A stretch of DNA of 59,570 nt, taken from assembly GCA_035642355.1 (NCBI GenBank), contig DASQSP010000212.1, positions 1-59,570 on the forward strand, in the 5' to 3' direction. Positions within the stretch are counted from its first letter, which is position 1, and each line of letters starts with the position of its first letter. The stretch is from Terracidiphilus sp. Lineage in GTDB: Bacteria; Acidobacteriota; Terriglobia; Terriglobales; Acidobacteriaceae. The notes under the pieces were generated by a model that had not been told where the DNA came from, ran no database searches, and saw nothing but the letters and a program-made list of their open reading frames with translations. The translations under genes and the position numbers were made by a program. Positions 31,595 to 41,343 of this stretch are shown here, piece after piece.

Positions 31595-33171
31595 GGTTTG
31601 TCCTCGGCGAGTAAAAACGCGCGGGCTTCTCCAACGAGGTAGACGGAGCCGGAGATGACGATGACCGCAGGGGTTCTCTCAGGGGCTAAAGCCCCTTTTT
31701 TATGGTGCGGGCTTGCGGCACGACTGAAGTCGTGCCCTGACGCGGGGGTCTGCGGCTCTTGTCCGGCTTGGGTGGCGCGTGCCATTACGAGGGCTTCTGC
31801 GACGGAGGCGGCGGCTTGCGCGGGTGTGCCGGTGGAGGCGGCGGCGGCGAGCAGCTCGGCCATTGGCGTGGCGCGAGGACTGGTGATGGGCGCGAAGACG
31901 ACGCGATCGAAGAGTGGGAAGAGTATCTGCGCCATTTCTGCGAGGGGCTTGTCGCGCAGGCAACTGAAGACCAGGGTGAGGGGTGTGCCTTCGGGCACGA
32001 GCTGACGCAGGCCGGCGCGGAGGGCCCATGCGCCGGCGGGATTGTGTGCGACGTCCAAAATCCACTGCGTGGAGGCTAACCCTTTGGAGGAGTGTGTTGT
32101 GATGCGTTCCAGGCGCGCGGGCCATTGCGTGTTGCGGACGCCTGCGGAGATGGAGGCGGGCGTGATGGGCAGATTGTGGCGCTCGGCGAGCTCGACGGCG
32201 GCAGCGATGGCGAGGGCGATGTTGCGGTGCTGGTGCGCGCCGTGGAGGGGTGAGTCGATTTCGATCTCTTCACCGAGAGCCGTGATGGTGTAGGGCGCCG
32301 GGGCTAAAGCCCCTTCATTCATTGGCGCCGTTGCGTACGGGCTGAAGCCCGTACCCTTCGCCGGAGTTGAAGCCCCTTCTTGTTTTTTTGCGAAGCTTTC
32401 GGCACGACTGAAGTCGTGCCCTGACACGGACGGCATGTACGGAACGGCGCTGAGGGCGCGGACGTTGAGCGCGAGGGCGATTTCGCCGATGGCGTGATTG
32501 GCCTCGGGGTGCTGGGGCAGGGTGATGAGGGTGCCGTTGGGGCGAAGGATTCCGGCTTTCTCGCGGGCGATGGCGGCGATGGTGGAGCCGAGCCATTCGG
32601 TGTGGTCGAGGGAGATGTCGGTGATGACGGAGAGCAGCGGATCGACGATGTTGGTGGCGTCGAGGCGGCCGCCCATGCCGACTTCGAGGACGGCGAAGTC
32701 GACTGGACCTGCTCCCGACGCGCCCTCGGCGAAGTGGAGGAAGGCCAGGGCGGTGAGGCATTCAAAGAAGCTGGGCAACTGGGCGAGCTTCCGATCCATG
32801 ACGAGTTGCTGGCCTGTGTCGTGGACGCGGAAGTAGAGCGCGGCGAATTGCTCGTCGGAGATTTCGACGCCGCTGACGCGGATGCGCTCATTGGGGCGGG
32901 TAAGGTGCGGCGAGGTGTAGAGGCCGGTGCGCAGCCCCGCCGCGGCGGACAGGCCCGACTCATTCAGAATGGAGGCGAGCGTGGCGGCAGTGGAGCCTTT
33001 GCCGTTGGTTCCGGCGATGAGGACCGCGGGGAATTTGCGATGCGGGTTGCCGAGGGCTTTGAGCAGGACGCCGATCTCGTCGAGAGAGAACTTGCGCCGC
33101 GGCTGGCCTGGCTGGGTGTGCAGCTCAGGGGTCATGGCGGCGAGCTGGTCGATGGCGGCGGCGTAGGACAT
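31591..33171 (-). CDS. folC: Folylpolyglutamate/dihydrofolate synthase with two in-frame REP insertions
   Basis: AGTNGKGS, LYTSPHL, EVGMGGRLDATN, DVAHNP, SGSVYLVGE. Confidence 0.95.
   Translation of the reverse strand: MSYAAAIDQLAAMTPELHTQPGQPRRKFSLDEIGVLLKALGNPHRKFPAVLIAGTNGKGSTAATLASILNESGLSAAAGLRTGLYTSPHLTRPNERIRVSGVEISDEQFAALYFRVHDTGQQLVMDRKLAQLPSFFECLTALAFLHFAEGASGAGPVDFAVLEVGMGGRLDATNIVDPLLSVITDISLDHTEWLGSTIAAIAREKAGILRPNGTLITLPQHPEANHAIGEIALALNVRALSAVPYMPSVSGHDFSRAESFAKKQEGASTPAKGTGFSPYATAPMNEGALAPAPYTITALGEEIEIDSPLHGAHQHRNIALAIAAAVELAERHNLPITPASISAGVRNTQWPARLERITTHSSKGLASTQWILDVAHNPAGAWALRAGLRQLVPEGTPLTLVFSCLRDKPLAEMAQILFPLFDRVVFAPITSPRATPMAELLAAAASTGTPAQAAASVAEALVMARATQAGQEPQTPASGHDFSRAASPHHKKGALAPERTPAVIVISGSVYLVGEARAFLLAEDKP
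31678..31740 (-). repeat. Family-A REP core in frame in folC
   Basis: TCAGGGCACGACTTCAGTCGTGCC...GGGGCTTTAGCCCCTGAG encodes SGHDFSRAASPHHKKGALAPE. Confidence 0.92.
32299..32424 (-). repeat. Two tandem family-A REP cores in frame in folC
   Basis: Encodes SGHDFSRAESFAKKQEGASTPAKGTGFSPYATAPMNEGALAP. Confidence 0.92.
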
Positions 33172-33256
33172 GAAGACTTCAGTATAGAAGGCAGGGATTG
33201 GCCGCAACGAGAGCGCAAAACACATCGGGCCTCTTCCACGCGCGCGGAAGAGGCCC

Positions 33257-33290
33257 GACTGATCACTGACGACTGATCACTGACAACTGT
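33257..33290. repeat. Heptamer array (ACTGATC/ACTGACR)
   Basis: Period-7 tandem directly after the sod stop. Confidence 0.75.
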
Positions 33291-33292
33291 AC

Positions 33293-33916
33293 TTAGCCTT
33301 TGGCGACGGCGAAGCGCTTGTTGACTTCGGCCCAGTTGACCAGATTCCACCACGCGGCCAGGTAGTCGGGGCGCTTGTTCTGGTACTTGAGGTAGTAGGC
33401 ATGCTCCCACACGTCGTTGCCGAGGATGGGATAGAGGCCCTGCGAGAGCGGTGAGTCCTGGTTGGGCGTGGTGATGACCTTGAGCTTGCCGCCCTGGAAG
33501 ACCAGCCAGCCCCAGCCGGAGCCGAACTGCTTGGCGGTGGTCTCGTTAAAGGTCTTTTTGAAAGCCTCGAAGTCGCCGAAGTCGGCGGTGATCTGCGCAG
33601 CAATCGCGCCGGAGGGCGCGCCGCCAATGCCAGCCGTATTCGCCGGGCCCATGATGCTCCAGAACATGCTGTGGTTGGAGTTGCCGCCGCCGTTGTTGCG
33701 CACCGCGCCGCGGATGTCTTCGGGGATGGCGTTGAGGTCGCGGATGAGGTCGTCGGCGCTCTTGGCGGCCAGCTCAGGATGCTTCTCAAGCGCGGCATTC
33801 ACGTTGTTGATGTAGGCCTGGTGATGCTTGTCGTGGTGCAGGTGCATGGTCTCGGCGTCGATAAAAGGCTCGAGAGCCGCGTAATCGTAGGGCAGCGGGG
33901 CAAGGGTGTATGCCAT
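33293..33916 (-). CDS. sodA: Fe/Mn superoxide dismutase
   Basis: [24 protein letters not shown]. Confidence 0.93.
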   Translation of the reverse strand: MAYTLAPLPYDYAALEPFIDAETMHLHHDKHHQAYINNVNAALEKHPELAAKSADDLIRDLNAIPEDIRGAVRNNGGGNSNHSMFWSIMGPANTAGIGGAPSGAIAAQITADFGDFEAFKKTFNETTAKQFGSGWGWLVFQGGKLKVITTPNQDSPLSQGLYPILGNDVWEHAYYLKYQNKRPDYLAAWWNLVNWAEVNKRFAVAKG

Positions 33917-34286
33917 GTGGGAGATCTCCTCAGTTCGGATTGTACTGCGATTGGTATTGCGATGGCCGGCCATCCGGGCCGTGCGCGGGCCATTTTGGGA
34001 GATGGCCCGGCGCGCTGCAACCGAATCTTTACATTGGCCCCCGCGCCTTTGTGATTGGATGGAACCGGCGGGTTTGCTGTTGTCTCACGGTGAAATGGAT
34101 GCGGGCAGGCGGGCAAAGGTGCGAAACTTTCCTTTCACCCCACAATGTGGGCCGTAGTCCGTCCTTGCCGCCCTTTTTGGGCAACCAGGACGCAACCTTC
34201 CGCTGTGCGGATCATCCATCAAACAGAAATGGCAGAATGGGCAGGTACATCTTGACTTCTCCAACCCGGCAGTCTGGTATCGAAGC

Positions 34287-36797
34287 GTGAGCGAACAACA
34301 TCTTTATCGCTGGCTCGACCTGCAGGGCGAAGCCTTTGGCGGTCCCGGCCTTGTGCCGCGCTGGACCTCGAGTGTGAAGGATGCGATCGGCACGTCGTAC
34401 GCGGCCTCCAGCCGCATCTGGTTCACATGCTCGCACGGCGTCCTCAACGAGATCTACCACCCCACCATCGACTGCGCCCAGGTGCGCGACATGGAGTTCC
34501 TGGTCACCGATGGCGAGACCTTCGCGCACGAAGAGAAGCGCGACCTGATCACCACCTTCGAGTACATCCACCCGGAGGCGCTGGGGGTTCGCTACATCAA
34601 CCGCGACCCGGACAACCGCTACACGCTGACCAAGGAGATCGTCTGCGACCCGCACCACTCGGTGGTGCTGCAGCATGTGCGGCTGGAAGGCCATCCCGAC
34701 CTGCTGCCGCGGCTCAAGGTCTATGCCCTGCTGGCCCCGCATCTTGACGGCGGCGGCGCGGGCAACACGGCGCGCGCGGTGGACATTGCCGGCCACAGGA
34801 TGGCGCTGGCGTGGAAGAATCACTGGTCGCTGGCCATGGACGCGAGCTGCGGCTTCAGCCGGTTGAGCTGCGGCTTTGTGGGCGCGAGCGATGGCTGGAG
34901 CGATGTGATGGGCCACCACCGCATGGAGTGGGAATTCGGCTCGGCGACCAACGGCAACATCGCTATCACCGGCGAGCTGGACCTGGACGGGGCCATTGCG
35001 CCGGACGGCTCGCGGGTGTTTGTGGTCGCGATTGGCATTGGCGAGGGCCACCACACCGCGGTGCAAAAGACGGTGAACGCGCTGGCTGCTCCGTTCGAGA
35101 ATCATCGCGCGCGCTTTATCGAGCAGTGGCAGCGGGTGGCCAACCCCGAGTGGCTGGGGGCCAAATCCGGCGATGGCGGCAAGCTGATGCGCGCCAGCCA
35201 CAACGTGCTGCTGGCGCACGAGGACAAGACCTTCTCCGGCGCGTTTGTGGCCTCGGCGTCCATCCCGTGGGGACAGGCCAAGAGCGACGACGACCTGGGC
35301 GGCTATCACCTGGTGTGGACCCGCGACATGGTGCAGACCGCCACGGCGCTGCTGGCCTGCGGCCGCGTGGAAACCGCGCGCCGCGCCCTCGTCTATCTCG
35401 CCTGCACGCAGAAGCCCGACGGCGGCTTCGCGCAGAACTTCTGGGTGGATGGACGGCCCTATTGGAGCGGCCAGCAGCTCGACGAGGTTGCCTTCCCCAT
35501 CATCCTGGCGTGGCGGCTGTGGCAGGCCAAGGGCCTGGGCGACATGCGCATCTTCGCCTTTGTAGAGCGCGCCGCCGGCTACCTGCTGCGCCATGCGCCC
35601 ATCACCCACCAGGATCGCTGGGAAGAGAACGCGGGCTACTCGCCTTCCACGCTGTCCGCGGTGATTTCCGGGCTGATTTGCGCGGCGGAGATTGCGCGCG
35701 CCCATGACTCGAACGAGCTGGCCGTCTATTACGAGGAGTTCGCCGACTGGATCGAGAGCCACCTCGAAGACTGGACCGTGACCGACGACGGCGTTCTGTT
35801 GCCGGAGGTGAAGCGCCACTATATGCGCATCCGGCCGCCGGAGCAGGGGGAAGCCTATGCCTGCGAGGGCTGCGGCACGGAGATCGTCCACATCAACAAC
35901 CGGCAGCCGGGCACGCGCATGGACTTCGAGGCCCGCGAGATCATCGATGCGGGCTTTCTGGAGCTGGTGCGCTACGGCATTCGCCGGGCCGACGATCCGC
36001 TGGTGGCCGACTCGCTCAAAGTGGTGGACGCAGTGCTCAAGCGCGGCCTGCCGCAGGGCCCCGGATGGCTGCGCTACAACTGGGACGGCTATGGCCAGCG
36101 GGCCGACGGCGGACCATTCGAGGGCTGGGGCCAGGGCCGCGTGTGGCCGCTGCTGACCGGCGAGCGCGCCCACTTCGAGCTGGCCGCGGGCCGGGATATT
36201 GCCTCCTTCATCAAGACCTACGAGCGCTTTGCCACCACCGGCCAGATGCTGCCCGAGCAGGTGTGGGACGAGCCCAACCGCCCCGGCATGCGCCTGCAAC
36301 TGGGCCAGCCGGCGGGCTCGGCGGTGCCGCTGGTGTGGGCCCACGCCGAATACCTGAAGCTGCTGCGCTCGGCCCTGGACGGCAAGGTCTTCGACCGCAT
36401 CGAGCCGGTCTACACGCGCTATTGCGAGCCGCAAGGGCGCGCGAAGGTGCGGCGCGGCATGGAGTTCTACAGCTTCCGCCGGCCCATCCAGACGATGCCC
36501 GCCGGAGGCACGCTGCGGGTGACCGATGCGAACCGCTTTACCATCACCTGGTCGGCCGATGGCTGGAAGACGAGCAACATCACCGCCAGCCGAAGCCTGG
36601 GCTCGGCGGGCTTTGCCGCGGACCTGCCGACGGCCCCGGCCAACGGCACGGAAACCGGCGAGGGCGCATTATCATGGACTCTCCAATGGGCCGGCGACGG
36701 GAGCTGGCTTGGTTACAATGTGAACGTCAGGCTTGAATCCCAGACGCCCGGCCAGATGCCCGGCCAAGCGTCAGGAAAGACACGAAGCAAGAAGTAA
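34287..36797 (+). CDS. GH15 glucoamylase/glucodextranase
   Basis: ASASIPWG, YHLVWTRD, QLDEVAFPI, DRWEE, LPEQVWD, PLVWAHAEY. Confidence 0.93.
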   Translation: MSEQHLYRWLDLQGEAFGGPGLVPRWTSSVKDAIGTSYAASSRIWFTCSHGVLNEIYHPTIDCAQVRDMEFLVTDGETFAHEEKRDLITTFEYIHPEALGVRYINRDPDNRYTLTKEIVCDPHHSVVLQHVRLEGHPDLLPRLKVYALLAPHLDGGGAGNTARAVDIAGHRMALAWKNHWSLAMDASCGFSRLSCGFVGASDGWSDVMGHHRMEWEFGSATNGNIAITGELDLDGAIAPDGSRVFVVAIGIGEGHHTAVQKTVNALAAPFENHRARFIEQWQRVANPEWLGAKSGDGGKLMRASHNVLLAHEDKTFSGAFVASASIPWGQAKSDDDLGGYHLVWTRDMVQTATALLACGRVETARRALVYLACTQKPDGGFAQNFWVDGRPYWSGQQLDEVAFPIILAWRLWQAKGLGDMRIFAFVERAAGYLLRHAPITHQDRWEENAGYSPSTLSAVISGLICAAEIARAHDSNELAVYYEEFADWIESHLEDWTVTDDGVLLPEVKRHYMRIRPPEQGEAYACEGCGTEIVHINNRQPGTRMDFEAREIIDAGFLELVRYGIRRADDPLVADSLKVVDAVLKRGLPQGPGWLRYNWDGYGQRADGGPFEGWGQGRVWPLLTGERAHFELAAGRDIASFIKTYERFATTGQMLPEQVWDEPNRPGMRLQLGQPAGSAVPLVWAHAEYLKLLRSALDGKVFDRIEPVYTRYCEPQGRAKVRRGMEFYSFRRPIQTMPAGGTLRVTDANRFTITWSADGWKTSNITASRSLGSAGFAADLPTAPANGTETGEGALSWTLQWAGDGSWLGYNVNVRLESQTPGQMPGQASGKTRSKK

Positions 36798-36865
36798 AAC
36801 GATTTATTTTGGTGCAGCGCCTCCCAGCAATGACCCGGCAATGAATGAAAGGACCGCATACCGCA

Positions 36866-38866
36866 ATGACCGCCACGCTTTCGGCAACCTCCCTCGACCA
36901 GCTCTCCATCGACACCCTGCGCATTCTCGCGGTGGACACGGTGGAAAAGGCCAAAAGCGGCCACCCCGGCGCGCCGCTGGGCTGCGCCCCCATCGCCTAC
37001 CTGCTCTACCACAAGCTGATGAAGCACAACCCGAAGCAGGTGAAGTGGGCGGACCGCGACCGCTTTGTGCTGTCGAACGGTCATGCCTCGGCGCTGCTCT
37101 ACGGCTCGCTGTTTCTCTCCGGCTACAAGCTCACGCTCGACGACCTGAAGAGCTTCCGCCAGTTGCACTCGATCACGCCGGGCCATCCCGAGGCGGGCGA
37201 GACCGAAGGCGTTGAGGTCACCACTGGTCCGCTGGGTCAGGGCTTCGCCATGGCCGTGGGCCTGGCCATGGCCGAGAAGCATCTGGGGGCGGTCTATAAC
37301 AAGCCGGGCTTCGAGATTGTCGATCACTACACCTATACGTTGTGCGGCGACGGCGACCTGATGGAAGGCATCTCGCACGAGGCGGCCTCGCTGGCCGGAA
37401 CCCTGGGCCTGGGCAAGCTGATCGCGCTCTACGACGACAACCTGATCTCGCTCGACGGCCCCACCGAGTTGAGCTTTACCGAGGACGTGCTGAAGCGCTT
37501 CGAGGCCTACCACTGGCATGTGCAGATCGTGGAAGACGGCAACGACCTCGCGGGTATCGAGAAGGCCATCGAAAACGCCAAGGCCGAGACCACCCGGCCC
37601 TCGTTCATCGCGGTGCGCACCGTCATCGGCTACGGCAGCCCCAAGGCCGGAACTAACAAGGTTCACGGCGAGGCGCTGGGCGCGGCGGACACCGCGGCGA
37701 CCAAGAAGTTCTTCGGCTTCCCTGAAGACCAGAGCTTTTATGTGCCCGACGATGCGCTGGCCAACTGGCGCAAGGCTATCGACCGCGGCGCGGCGGATGA
37801 AGCCGCGTGGCGGAAGCGCTTCGAGAGCTATCGCGCGCAGTTCCCCGAGCTGGCCGCGGAGTTCGAGCGCACCCAGAAGGGCGCGCGCAGGGCTGGCTGG
37901 GAGCAGGCGCTGCCCAGCTACTCGCCGGAGAAGCAGCAGGCCACGCGCAACGCGGGCGGCGCGATCATGAACGCGATTGCCGGCGCGGTGCCGGAGCTGT
38001 TCGGCGGCGCGGCCGACCTGACGGCCTCGACAAAAACCATCTTCAAGCCGGGCGCCAACTTCCACCTCGATCCGGCCGGCCGCAACGTCTTCTTCGGCGT
38101 GCGCGAGTTCGCCATGTGCGCCGCGGTCAACGGCATGGCCAAGCACGGCGGCCTGGTGCCCTTCGGGTCCACCTTCTTCACCTTCTCCGACTACTGCAAG
38201 CCGGCCATCCGGCTGGCCGCGCTGATGCACGCGCACTCGCTGTTCGTCTTCACCCACGACTCGGTCGCTCTCGGCGAAGACGGCCCCACGCACCAGCCCA
38301 TCGATCAGCTCACCATGCTGCGCGCCATCGCGTTCCTCACCGACTTTCGCCCCGCGGACGCCAACGAGACGGCGGCGTGCTGGCGTCTGGCTCTCGAGCG
38401 CAGCGGGCCAAGCTTCTTCGCGCTCACGCGGCAGGACCTGCCGGTGATCGACCCCAAGGCCATTGACGTGTATTGCGGCGTGAGCAAGGGAGCCTACGTT
38501 CTTGAAGACGCGCCCAACCCGCGGATCGTGCTCATCGGCACCGGCTCCGAGGTGTGGCTGTGCGTCGAGGCCAAGAAGCTGCTCGCCGCGGAAGGAATCG
38601 CCGCGCGCGTGGTCAGCTTGCCCAGTTGGGAGATCTTCGGCGAGCAAACGGCTGCCTATCAGGCCAGTGTGCTGCTGTCCGGCGTGCCCCGTCTCGCGGT
38701 CGAAGCCGGTTCGCCGATCGCATGGTGGAAATACGTCGGCCTCGATGGCGACGTGGTGGGTCTCGACCGCTTTGGCGCGTCCGCGCCGGGCCCGGCGGCG
38801 ATGGCCGATCTGGGATTCACCGGCGCGAATGTAGCGGCGCGCGCCAAGGCGCTGGTGAAGAAGTAA
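36866..38866 (+). CDS. tkt: Transketolase
   Basis: [31 protein letters not shown]. Confidence 0.98.
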   Translation: MTATLSATSLDQLSIDTLRILAVDTVEKAKSGHPGAPLGCAPIAYLLYHKLMKHNPKQVKWADRDRFVLSNGHASALLYGSLFLSGYKLTLDDLKSFRQLHSITPGHPEAGETEGVEVTTGPLGQGFAMAVGLAMAEKHLGAVYNKPGFEIVDHYTYTLCGDGDLMEGISHEAASLAGTLGLGKLIALYDDNLISLDGPTELSFTEDVLKRFEAYHWHVQIVEDGNDLAGIEKAIENAKAETTRPSFIAVRTVIGYGSPKAGTNKVHGEALGAADTAATKKFFGFPEDQSFYVPDDALANWRKAIDRGAADEAAWRKRFESYRAQFPELAAEFERTQKGARRAGWEQALPSYSPEKQQATRNAGGAIMNAIAGAVPELFGGAADLTASTKTIFKPGANFHLDPAGRNVFFGVREFAMCAAVNGMAKHGGLVPFGSTFFTFSDYCKPAIRLAALMHAHSLFVFTHDSVALGEDGPTHQPIDQLTMLRAIAFLTDFRPADANETAACWRLALERSGPSFFALTRQDLPVIDPKAIDVYCGVSKGAYVLEDAPNPRIVLIGTGSEVWLCVEAKKLLAAEGIAARVVSLPSWEIFGEQTAAYQASVLLSGVPRLAVEAGSPIAWWKYVGLDGDVVGLDRFGASAPGPAAMADLGFTGANVAARAKALVKK

Positions 38867-38982
38867 CAAGAACGAGTGAACAGTGATCGGTTGTCAGAGA
38901 TCAGTTGAACCCGCGCCAGTAGCGATCGGTCTCTGTTCCCTGATCTCCGTTCTCTGATCTCTGTTTTCTGATCTCTGTTTTC
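38864..38982. repeat. Inverted heptamer array (CAGWGAT / ATCTCTG)
   Basis: Period-7 arms between tkt and rpiB. Confidence 0.7.
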
Positions 38983-38995
38983 ACCGAGGAAAGAA

Positions 38996-39457
38996 ATGAA
39001 ACTCGTCATCAGCTCCGATCACGCCGGCTTCGAACTGAAGGAAGAGGTGCGCGCCCATCTCGCCAGGGCCGGCCATGAGATTGTCGATCTCGGCGCATTC
39101 ACCTGCGATCCAGAGGACGATTACCCCGACTTTGCCGAGCGCGTGGGCGAGGCCATCAAAGCCGGCGCGGCCCATCGCGGCATTCTCATCTGCGGCTCCG
39201 GCGTGGGCGTTTCCATCGCCGCCAACAAGATTCCCGGTGTGCGCGCCGCCATGTGCCACGACACTTACTCCGCGCATCAGGGCGTGGAACACGACGACAT
39301 GAATGTGCTGGTGATGGGCGCGCGCATCATCGGCGCGGCCCTCGCCTTCGAGCTGGCGGAGAGTTTTATCAAGGCGAAGTTCATCTCCAATGAAGTGCGT
39401 TTCACGCGGCGCTTCGACAAGGTGCTGGCCATCGAGGCCAGGTATCAGCGCGGCTGA
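38996..39457 (+). CDS. rpiB: Ribose-5-phosphate isomerase B
   Basis: SDHAG..LK, DYPD, CGSGVG.SIAANK. Confidence 0.96.
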   Translation: MKLVISSDHAGFELKEEVRAHLARAGHEIVDLGAFTCDPEDDYPDFAERVGEAIKAGAAHRGILICGSGVGVSIAANKIPGVRAAMCHDTYSAHQGVEHDDMNVLVMGARIIGAALAFELAESFIKAKFISNEVRFTRRFDKVLAIEARYQRG

Positions 39458-39520
39458 GCCTGAATCGCTCAGCCTTTTCTTTTCCGCTGTCAACGAAACA
39501 TCTATCTGCACGAGGCGCCG

Positions 39521-40132
39521 ATGTTCCCCTTTGACGTAATCCTTTTCGATGTCGGCGGCGTGCTGCTGACCAACGGCTGGGACCACTGCGAGCGCGCGGT
39601 GGTGCTCGACCGGTTCAAGCTCGACCGCGCCGAGTTTGAAGCGCGCCACCCGGGCCCCAACGATGCGTGGGAGCGCGACGCGATCACCGCGCGTCAGTAT
39701 CTGGACGAGACGATTTTCTATGAGCCGCGGGCCTTTTCACATCAGGAGTTTCTGGACGCCATGTTTGCCCAATCCGTACCACTGGATGACGGTGCGTTGG
39801 GAATCCTCGCTGAGCTGGCGGCATCGGACAAATGCATGCTGGGCGTGCTGAACAATGAGGCGCGCGAGCCCAACGACTACCGCTTCAGCACCTTCGGCCT
39901 GCGCTCGTTCATTCAGGTTGCATTCAGCTCGTGTTATCTTGGGCTGCGCAAGCCGGGCAGTGAGATCTATCGCCGGGCATTGGAAATTGTGGGCAAGCCG
40001 CCGGCTCGCGTGCTGTTTATCGACGACCGCGCGGAGAATGCGGCCGCGGCAGCCGCGGCCGGCATGAAGGCCATTCGCTTTGAAGGCGCCGCGCCGTTGC
40101 GGCGCGAGCTTGAGAGTCTCGAAGTTCTATAA
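39521..40132 (+). CDS. HAD family phosphatase
   Basis: FDVGGVL motif I, KP, FIDD. Confidence 0.9.
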   Translation: MFPFDVILFDVGGVLLTNGWDHCERAVVLDRFKLDRAEFEARHPGPNDAWERDAITARQYLDETIFYEPRAFSHQEFLDAMFAQSVPLDDGALGILAELAASDKCMLGVLNNEAREPNDYRFSTFGLRSFIQVAFSSCYLGLRKPGSEIYRRALEIVGKPPARVLFIDDRAENAAAAAAAGMKAIRFEGAAPLRRELESLEVL

Positions 40133-40156
40133 CCGAATCCCGAAGGAGAGAGCGAC

Positions 40157-41062
40157 ATGCAACTAGGATTGATCGGCCTCGGCAAAATGGGCGGCAACAT
40201 GGCGGAGCGGCTGCATCTGGGCGGCCATGAGGTAGTGGGCTTCGACTTCAGCGCGGAAGCCGTGGCGCGGCTGACGGCCTCGGGCAACGTGGGCGCTTCC
40301 AGCCTTGAAGATATGGTCAAAAAGTTGAAGGGCCGGAGAGCCATCTGGATCATGGTGCCGCAGGGCAAGCCGGTGGACGACACCATCGCCAAGCTCGAGC
40401 CGTTCCTCAACCCCGGCGACATCCTGATCGACGGCGGCAACTCGAATTACAAGGACTCGATGCGCCACTACAAGGAAGTCACGGCCAAGGGCTTTCAGTT
40501 TGTGGACGTGGGCACCTCGGGCGGCGTGTGGGGCCTGAAAGAGGGCTACAGCATGATGATTGGCGGCGACAAGGATGCCGTCGATTACATCACGCCTGTT
40601 CTCGAGACGCTGGCGCCCGGCAAGACGCAGGGCTGGGGCCATGTGGGTCCGGCCGGCGCGGGCCACTTTGTGAAGATGGTGCACAACGGCATTGAGTACG
40701 GCCTGATGCAGGCCTACGCCGAGGGCTTCACCATCATGGAGAAGAAGGAAGAGCTCAACCTCGACCTGGCGCAAATCTCCGAGATCTGGCGTTACGGCAG
40801 CGTGGTGCGCAGTTGGCTGCTCGACCTGACCGCCGATGCGCTCTCGAAGAATCCCACGCTCGATGGGCTCGAAGCCTTCGTGGCCGACTCCGGCGAAGGC
40901 CGCTGGACCGTCTTCGAAGCCATCGACCTCAACGTCTCCGCGCCGGTCATCACCGAGTCGCTGATTCGCCGCATCCGCTCGCGCGAAGACAACAACTTTA
41001 CCGACCGCATGCTGGCTATTATGCGCAACGCCTTCGGCGGTCACGCGGTGAAGAAAGATTAA
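40157..41062 (+). CDS. gnd: 6-phosphogluconate dehydrogenase (short type)
   Basis: IGLGKMG, DGGNS, KMVHNGIEYG, DSGEGRW, R..FGGH. Confidence 0.97.
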   Translation: MQLGLIGLGKMGGNMAERLHLGGHEVVGFDFSAEAVARLTASGNVGASSLEDMVKKLKGRRAIWIMVPQGKPVDDTIAKLEPFLNPGDILIDGGNSNYKDSMRHYKEVTAKGFQFVDVGTSGGVWGLKEGYSMMIGGDKDAVDYITPVLETLAPGKTQGWGHVGPAGAGHFVKMVHNGIEYGLMQAYAEGFTIMEKKEELNLDLAQISEIWRYGSVVRSWLLDLTADALSKNPTLDGLEAFVADSGEGRWTVFEAIDLNVSAPVITESLIRRIRSREDNNFTDRMLAIMRNAFGGHAVKKD

Positions 41063-41065
41063 GTA

Positions 41066-41317
41066 CGAGTTCACAGTTCTTAGTTCGCAGTTCACAGTGC
41101 GATCAGTTGCGAGCTACGAACTGTGAACCAAGGAAGCTCTGATTCAGCCGATCAAAGACTCCGCAGGGGCTAAAGCCCCTCTCATTTTGACGACTCATAC
41201 GGCACGACTGAAGTCGTGCCCTGTTACAAAGCGGCCTTGTTCAGAGGTTCTCTACGAACTGTGAACCAAGAACTGTGAACTAAGAACTACGAACTGTGAA
41301 TTAACAACTGAGAACTG
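41066..41317. repeat. Inverted heptamer array (AGTTCAC / GAACTGT) interrupted by MITE
   Basis: Period-7 arms between gnd and zwf. Confidence 0.85.
41132..41251. mobile_element. 120-bp MITE, IS5-like TIRs, carrying family-A REP core (reverse orientation)
   Basis: GGAAGCTCTGA ... TCAGAGGTTCT ends resemble the 11247 element. Core CAGGGGCTAAAGCCCC...GGCACGACTGAAGTCGTGCC. Confidence 0.72.
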
Positions 41318-41343
41318 TTTTCACGTCCCGGAGGTCCGTACCC

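Noticed and set aside
33980-34012. Hairpin upstream of sod as a metal riboswitch
   Set aside because: Single stem only; no recognisable yybP-ykoY features.
34212-38869. Long antisense ORFs (740 and 718 aa) and similar ones opposite zwf, atp and trp genes
   Set aside because: Shadow frames of high-GC coding sequence with no recognisable motifs.
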